Below are positions 7,905-12,896 of a stretch of 12,896 nt of DNA, piece by piece. Made by a program: the position numbers and the translations under genes. The stretch comes from a virus (Duplodnaviria > Heunggongvirae > Uroviricota > Caudoviricetes). Each line of letters starts with the position of its first letter. Positions within the stretch are counted from its first letter, which is position 1. The notes below the pieces were generated by a model. The model saw only the letters and a program-made list of their open reading frames with translations, was not told the DNA's origin and made no database searches. The DNA lies in the IMG/VR virus record IMGVR_UViG_2541047596_000008, positions 1 through 12,896 of that record; one strand, written 5' to 3'.

Positions 7905-7931
7905 AATAAAAAACCCGCTCGGCGGCGGGTT
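7905..7931 (-). terminator. tR'-like rho-independent terminator downstream of the Q-like gene
   Basis: Minus-strand hairpin AACCCGC-CGCCGA-GCGGGTT followed by TTTTTTATT, located between the candidate late promoter and the tRNA cluster. Confidence 0.6.
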
Positions 7932-7978
7932 GTAGAAACTCTTCTAACGTCAGGCATAAAAAGCCCATTGTTATGACG

Positions 7979-8006
7979 AATTTACCACAGATTCCGGAAA
8001 AATCAA
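7979..8006 (-). promoter_or_regulatory. Candidate late promoter (pR'-like) and presumptive Q-utilisation region
   Basis: On the minus strand TTGATT (8006..8001), a 16-nt spacer, then TAAATT (7984..7979), starting immediately after the Q-like stop. This is the same position as pR' relative to Q in lambda. Confidence 0.4.
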
Positions 8007-8011
8007 CCTTG

Positions 8012-8833
8012 TTACCTAGTTACCTTTTTTAACTGCCGCTCAGCCCATGCTTCTTCAATATCAAACCGGGTCACCAGCGCATCATAGAATTTCTTAACTG
8101 TTTTTTCCCATGACGCGCGTGTTATCTGGTTTGTCACCTCGCATATAGCATTAAATGCCTCCGTTGATGGTAGTCTTTCATAGCCACGACCACCACAACG
8201 CTGGCAGTCTCTGATAACAGGCATACCACGTTTTACCGACTCTTCACGATGAATGGCGACACCACGCCCACGGCAATCCTTACAGGCGGTGGAAACCTCA
8301 CCCTTTCCGCCACACTCCGGACAGGCAACTTTTACCACCTCCCTGACTTTTTTCCATTCTTCCCAGTAAGACGAATACACACCTTTCGTACACTTTGCCC
8401 ATACCGGCGGCTTACCATCCGGATACTGGACCTTGTTTGTAAAAACTACGCTTTCAATAAATTTTTCCCCATAGCAACAAGGGCACTGCTTTTTACTCGC
8501 TGCGCTGCGGGCATAATCCTCAAAAGCGTACGAAGCCATAATGCGCATCACTACCGGTTTTATTTCTGCCGGAAGTTTTCTCAACGCCGCCACACGATCG
8601 CACCGACTGAGTGCATAATCTGCCAGTAATTCTGTTGCCCGCGCCCTGTCATTCATACTGATGCCCATTTTCCCCAGGAACGCAGAAAAACCCATCTCAG
8701 CCCGATTCTGTGTCATGCCCTGCGCGGCCATCACATCAGTGATACTCAGCGCATCTTTTGACGTTGAGGCCGATGCATCGGTCAGGCCAGGGGATTTTGG
8801 GGAGTAGTATTTCGGTAAATCTTCCAGTTTCAT
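8012..8833 (-). CDS. Putative late-gene antitermination protein (Q-like) with four CxxCxGxG zinc-finger repeats
   Basis: Position: after rusA and before a promoter, terminator and the tRNAs. The C-terminal half carries CPCCYGEKF, CPECGGKGE, CKDCRGRGV and CQRCGGRGY. Size and position fit the larger Q-like proteins of E. coli prophages. The family assignment rests on synteny and zinc-finger content, not on a recognised alignment. Confidence 0.6.
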   Translation of the reverse strand: MKLEDLPKYYSPKSPGLTDASASTSKDALSITDVMAAQGMTQNRAEMGFSAFLGKMGISMNDRARATELLADYALSRCDRVAALRKLPAEIKPVVMRIMASYAFEDYARSAASKKQCPCCYGEKFIESVVFTNKVQYPDGKPPVWAKCTKGVYSSYWEEWKKVREVVKVACPECGGKGEVSTACKDCRGRGVAIHREESVKRGMPVIRDCQRCGGRGYERLPSTEAFNAICEVTNQITRASWEKTVKKFYDALVTRFDIEEAWAERQLKKVTR

Positions 8834-8847
8834 TTTTTGACCTGCTC

Positions 8848-9210
8848 TTAATGCATTATGGGGTAAATCTTCACCCCCAGACGTCCACCAGATACTGGCT
8901 GACCACGAACGATATTGATTTCATCAAACTGCTCATCGTCCATTAACACTCCCGCATGCGTCAGCGCATCCAGCGGTGCTTTCAGGATATTGTCCAGGTC
9001 GCGACGACGCTTATCCGGTGGCTCTGCAATCACCTTTATCGCCAGCCTTCCGGACAGGTTTAATTTCAGCCGCTGCTGGCGAACAATTAGCGCCACATCA
9101 CGGCGATAACGCTTTCCGGCCTCCGAGATGAAATACGTATTGCCATGACGTCGCCAGTAGGTATTCACCGTCGGCGGGTAAGGCAAAACAAATTCTATGC
9201 GTTCAGTCAT
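8848..9210 (-). CDS. rusA: Holliday junction resolvase RusA
   Basis: 120 aa with the motif PDKRRRDLDN and a downstream acidic MDDEQ, close to E. coli RusA as I recall it. The start ATG abuts the upstream stop (TGAATG). Confidence 0.88.
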   Translation of the reverse strand: MTERIEFVLPYPPTVNTYWRRHGNTYFISEAGKRYRRDVALIVRQQRLKLNLSGRLAIKVIAEPPDKRRRDLDNILKAPLDALTHAGVLMDDEQFDEINIVRGQPVSGGRLGVKIYPIMH

Positions 9211-10269
9211 TCATGCTTTCCACTTCAGGACACCCGAATTTCTCGCGTGCATTAAAAAACGAATCAGCAACAACAGCTGGCTGCCGTGTTTTTCTTCAAA
9301 ATCTTTTACCCCGGCGTGCAGTTCGTTATGACATTTACGGCACAGCGGAATAACAAACAAATCATCAGCCTTTGTTCCCATACCTCCCAGGCCATGACCA
9401 ATGATGTGATGCGGATCATCTGCCTGATTACCGCACGTCATGCATTTCTGCGTTTTTACCCAGCGCGTGTATACAGGCATCTCTTCCCGTTGTGGTTTCT
9501 GGCGCTGGAGATACTGAGCCGGAGACTCCGGATCAACGGCGATGCTTACTAACGTCTTTTCCTGGAGTGGGGGCTGTTGCTGGTGGACGTGAAGTGGCAG
9601 CGCAATATTTTTTGTGCGCTGCTTCAGTATGCTGGTGGCAGTCTGTTCTCCCGGTACGATGTCACTCTCACGGTATACGGAGCGGATTTTTTCCACCGGT
9701 AATCCCAGTGAACGACACAATACAGACTCCGGAAGCGCATCAGCCACCTGATTGCAGACCGCCCACCAGGATAATTCGGCCAGCGATAACTCCCTCTCCT
9801 GCGTACCGCTGATTGCGTGACGGATGACGTCAATCATCCATGCTGACAAGTTTTGGTGAGCAAGTTGCTCAAGTGATTCTGAGGTCTGGTCACACAACTG
9901 GTTGTCGCAGTGCCAGCACAACACCATTGCGCCGGTACCATAACGGTGAATGACGGTTTCACTGTGGTGATAATCACCGTGTGGCCACTGGCAGGATTTA
10001 ATATGGCGCAACAGCCAGTCAGACAGTGCACCAGCGCCGCCAGCAGCACGAATCACACGCTCATTGCTGAAAAATGGCAGTAATGATTTATCCTCCGCCA
10101 GCGGCTGGCGAACGGCAGGGACGACTCCGGATGGCAGGCCGCACATGCTTTTCGGTTCCGGCTCCACCAGCACTCGAGGATTATGAAATATCTGTATGGA
10201 TTCACGGCCCGGCTTAAGGACCACCAGCCCAAGCTCAGGCACCAGAACAGGTCTAAGTAATACCCGCAC
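9211..10269 (-). CDS. DUF968-type phage protein with C-terminal HNH-like zinc-finger motif (nin-region gene); N-terminus possibly over-extended
   Basis: C-terminal CMTCGNQADDPHHIIGHGLGGMGTKADDLFVIPLCRKCHNELH (CxxC, HH, CxxCH). Position upstream of rusA. An internal ATG at codon 42 has a GGAG-like Shine-Dalgarno and may be the real start. Confidence 0.6.
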   Translation of the reverse strand: MRVLLRPVLVPELGLVVLKPGRESIQIFHNPRVLVEPEPKSMCGLPSGVVPAVRQPLAEDKSLLPFFSNERVIRAAGGAGALSDWLLRHIKSCQWPHGDYHHSETVIHRYGTGAMVLCWHCDNQLCDQTSESLEQLAHQNLSAWMIDVIRHAISGTQERELSLAELSWWAVCNQVADALPESVLCRSLGLPVEKIRSVYRESDIVPGEQTATSILKQRTKNIALPLHVHQQQPPLQEKTLVSIAVDPESPAQYLQRQKPQREEMPVYTRWVKTQKCMTCGNQADDPHHIIGHGLGGMGTKADDLFVIPLCRKCHNELHAGVKDFEEKHGSQLLLLIRFLMHARNSGVLKWKA

Positions 10270-10398
10270 GTTACCTCCAGATCCGTTGCTGGAAAGTGCG
10301 GGACGGACGTGGTGGGCGTTCGGAATAAGGCAGCCTGACAGAGATTATCCAGTGCCGATAACCAAGTAAAAGTCACCGCTGACGAAGTAAACAAAATT

Positions 10399-11478
10399 AT
10401 GCAGGCAGCCAATATCAGCCAGCCTGACGCCGATAAGTTGCTTGCTGCATCACGTGGTGAATTTGTTGAAGGGATTAGTGACCCGAATGATCCGAAATGG
10501 GTTAAGGGGCTCCAGACCCGCGATTCTGTGAACCAGAACCAGCATGAATCGGAACGGAACTACCAAAAAGCGGAACAAAACAGTCCAAATGCGTTACAAA
10601 ACGAGCCAGAAACGAAACAGCCTGAACCAGTAGCGCAACAGGAAGTGGAAAAAGTCTGCACCGCCTGCGGTCAGACCGGCGGCGGCAACTGCCCTGATTG
10701 TGGCGCGGTGATGGGCGACGCAACATACCAAGAAACATTCGATGAAGAGTATCAGGTTGAAGTTCAGGAAGATGATCCGGAGGAAATGGAAGGCGCTGAA
10801 CATCCACACAAGGAGAACACTGGCGGCAATCAGCATCACAATAGCGATAATGAAACTGGCGAGACGGCAGATCACCCAATTAAGGTGAACGGTCATCACG
10901 AAATCACATCCACCAGCAGGACGTGTGACCATCTAATGATCGACCTTGAAACCATGGGAAAAAATCCTGATGCCCCGATCATCTCAATAGGTGCAATATT
11001 TTTCGATCCGCAAACCGGAGATATGGGACCGGAATTTAGTAAGACTATCGATCTGGAAACTGCTGGCGGAGTCATTGATCGGGACACCATTAAATGGTGG
11101 CTTAAGCAATCACGCGAAGCGCAATCTGCCATTATGACCGATGAAATCCCGTTAGATGATGCACTGTTACAATTGCGAGAATTTATCGACGAAAACTCCG
11201 GTGAATTTTTTGTTCAGGTTTGGGGAAATGGAGCCAACTTCGACAACACGATTTTGCGCCGTTCATACGAACGGCAGGGGATCCCCTGCCCGTGGCGTTA
11301 CTACAACGATCGCGATGTACGCACAATCGTTGAGCTGGGGAAAGCCATAGACTTCGATGCCAGAACGGCTATTCCATTCGAAGGTGAGCGCCATAATGCA
11401 CTTGATGACGCCCGTTACCAGGCAAAATACGTTTCAGTTATCTGGCAAAAACTGATCCCGAGTCAGGCTGATTTTTAA
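10399..11478 (+). CDS. DEDDh-family 3'-5' exonuclease with a long acidic N-terminal extension containing a C4 zinc ribbon
   Basis: Exo I motif MIDLETMG, Exo II motif VWGNGANFD and Exo III motif [10 protein letters not shown] in the C-terminal roughly 180 aa. The N-terminal roughly 180 aa is low-complexity and acidic with [16 protein letters not shown]. It lies just upstream of xis and int, the position of early-left recombination or accessory genes. Confidence 0.7.
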   Translation: MQAANISQPDADKLLAASRGEFVEGISDPNDPKWVKGLQTRDSVNQNQHESERNYQKAEQNSPNALQNEPETKQPEPVAQQEVEKVCTACGQTGGGNCPDCGAVMGDATYQETFDEEYQVEVQEDDPEEMEGAEHPHKENTGGNQHHNSDNETGETADHPIKVNGHHEITSTSRTCDHLMIDLETMGKNPDAPIISIGAIFFDPQTGDMGPEFSKTIDLETAGGVIDRDTIKWWLKQSREAQSAIMTDEIPLDDALLQLREFIDENSGEFFVQVWGNGANFDNTILRRSYERQGIPCPWRYYNDRDVRTIVELGKAIDFDARTAIPFEGERHNALDDARYQAKYVSVIWQKLIPSQADF

Positions 11479-11539
11479 TGTTCAACCGTCGCCAGTTGTC
11501 GTTGATATTCTGCAACTGGCGCGTTCCGGAGTGATAGCC

Positions 11540-11809
11540 ATGAGCGAACAGTACCTGATAACGCTCGACGAGTGGAAACCAAAACGGTTCAGTCTCCCAA
11601 TAACAAACACTACCCTGGTGAAATACGGAAAACTAGGATACATCGTTCCAAGGCCACAAAAAATTCGTGGGCGTTGGCTGATAGATCGCCGAGCAGTATT
11701 TGTTGGGCCTGGTGAAACGGGAATTGCGCCGGAAATTCATACTGGCGATGATGATGCACTGAAGGAGATTTTAACTCATGTCACCGAGGCCACGAAAAAA
11801 CAGCACTGA
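11540..11809 (+). CDS. xis: Excisionase-like protein (Xis)
   Basis: Small basic protein immediately upstream of, and overlapping, the integrase gene. GGAG Shine-Dalgarno 8 nt before the ATG at 11540; the tracked ORF begins at an upstream GTG at 11531. Assignment is mainly positional. Confidence 0.55.
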   Translation: MSEQYLITLDEWKPKRFSLPITNTTLVKYGKLGYIVPRPQKIRGRWLIDRRAVFVGPGETGIAPEIHTGDDDALKEILTHVTEATKKQH

Positions 11810-12896
11810 CGTAGCCGGTCTTTACGAAAAGTTTGATCGCAGAACTGGCAGAGTTTACTACCAGTATAAAAATCCTGTGACTGGAAAATTTCACGGACTC
11901 GGAACAGACAAAGGTAAGGCAGAAAAAATCGCTTCCACAGCCAATCAGCGAATAGCTGCAGCAGAAGCTGAATATTTCATGCGCAAAATTGATGAAAGTC
12001 CGTCAGCAACAAAACGTCGGGGTATCAGATTAAAGGCATGGGTTGATCGATATCTGAAAATACAGGACACGCGACTGAAAAATGGAGATATTGCAGCTAC
12101 AACTCACAAAGAAAAAACTCGAATGGCTGCATACCTGGTTTCCCGTCTGGGAAACCACCCATTGAAAGAACTGGAAGTAAGAGACTTTGCATTAATACTG
12201 GATGAGTGGCTGGATAAAGACATGGTCAGCACAGCGAGAGTAAATCGTGGATTATGGGTTGATATTTATAAAGAAGCACAGCATGCAGGGGAAGTTCCTC
12301 CTGGATGGAATCCTCCGGAGGCTACCCGTAAACCGATCCCTAAAGTAACCAGAGCCAGGCTCACCATGGAAGACTGGCAAAAAATTTACAATGCAACGCC
12401 TGAAAAACACTTTATCCGTAACGCAATGCTTCTTGCGATTGTTACTGGTCAGCGCCGTGATGACATTTGCCACATGCGTTTTTCAGATGTGTGGAACGAA
12501 CACTTGCATATCACCCAGGGAAAAACCGGAATGCGTCTGGCGTTACCGCTTACACTACGCTGTGATGCCATTGGGATAACGTTAAAAGAAGTTATTGATG
12601 GGTGCCGAGACAGAATATTAAGTCCATATCTAATCCATAGTCGGCACCAGAAACAACCGAAGCCGATGAGTAAAGACAACCTGAGCGACTACTTTGCCAA
12701 AGCACGGGATCTGGCTGGGATAATTCCACCAGCAGGAAAAACTCCGCCAACATTTCATGAACAACGCTCTCTATCAGAACGGCTGTACCGTGCACAGGGT
12801 ATCGATACAAAAACATTACTAGGACATAAAGTCCAGGCAACCACCGATCGCTATAACGATACTCGAGGTCAGGAATGGGTTAAGTTGGTTATTTGA
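11778..12896 (+). CDS. int: Lambda-family tyrosine integrase
   Basis: Catalytic-core motifs TGQRRDDICHMRF, HEQRSLSERLY and LLGHKVQATTDRYNDTRGQEW (catalytic Tyr) align with lambda Int as I recall it. AAGGAG Shine-Dalgarno upstream. The 5' end overlaps xis. The gene is transcribed towards the right edge, so the att site should lie just beyond the window. Confidence 0.9.
   Translation: MSPRPRKNSTDVAGLYEKFDRRTGRVYYQYKNPVTGKFHGLGTDKGKAEKIASTANQRIAAAEAEYFMRKIDESPSATKRRGIRLKAWVDRYLKIQDTRLKNGDIAATTHKEKTRMAAYLVSRLGNHPLKELEVRDFALILDEWLDKDMVSTARVNRGLWVDIYKEAQHAGEVPPGWNPPEATRKPIPKVTRARLTMEDWQKIYNATPEKHFIRNAMLLAIVTGQRRDDICHMRFSDVWNEHLHITQGKTGMRLALPLTLRCDAIGITLKEVIDGCRDRILSPYLIHSRHQKQPKPMSKDNLSDYFAKARDLAGIIPPAGKTPPTFHEQRSLSERLYRAQGIDTKTLLGHKVQATTDRYNDTRGQEWVKLVI

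Larger units (their letters stand above)
1..12896. mobile_element. Segment of a defective, mosaic lambdoid prophage (tail-fibre module remnant, nin/Q late-regulatory module, early-left int/xis module)
   Basis: Gene content and order: tfa, stf, lom and a J-like remnant on the minus strand; Q-like, rusA and DUF968 genes on the minus strand; exonuclease, xis and int on the plus strand; three tRNAs downstream of a Q-like gene as in Stx-type lambdoid phages. No immunity, replication, lysis or head genes are present. Confidence 0.85.

Noticed and set aside
10053-10412. 119-aa minus-strand ORF spanning the 5' end of the DUF968 gene and the divergent intergenic region
   Set aside because: It is an alternative frame of the DUF968 coding region, is Cys/Trp-rich and unlike a real protein, and has no independent support.
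10502-11132. Minus-strand ORFs (10502..10879, 10594..10932, 10896..11132) antisense to the exonuclease gene
   Set aside because: They overlap a plus-strand gene with clear catalytic motifs and have no start signals; treated as spurious.
1-12896. CRISPR array or insertion sequence
   Set aside because: No regularly spaced short direct repeats and no transposase-like ORF or terminal inverted repeats were seen anywhere in the window.

Overview
This window reads as a segment of a defective, mosaic lambdoid prophage of the Escherichia/Shigella type, with no single obviously new multi-gene system. Left to right: a truncated tfa remnant (1..267, -), an AT-rich SAM-dependent methyltransferase moron (324..992, +), then on the minus strand tfa, a 1008-aa side tail fibre gene stf, lom, and a probable C-terminal remnant of J. 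Next comes an AT-rich cargo island (about 6127..7620) with two unrecognised ORFs and a GC-richer middle segment, then three minus-strand tRNAs (Ile2-CAU, Arg-UCG, Arg-UCU), a tR'-like terminator and pR'-like promoter, and a Q-like antiterminator, rusA and a DUF968/HNH-like gene. On the plus strand the window ends with a zinc-ribbon plus DEDDh exonuclease gene, xis and a lambda-family tyrosine integrase. The immunity/replication module, lysis cassette, head genes and most tail genes are absent. The most interesting part is the uncharacterised cargo sitting where Stx phages carry stx, whose rare-codon usage matches the adjacent tRNAs. All identifications are from reading the translations and sequence by eye; no searches were run. 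Hand-placed RNA and regulatory coordinates are approximate (a few bp).
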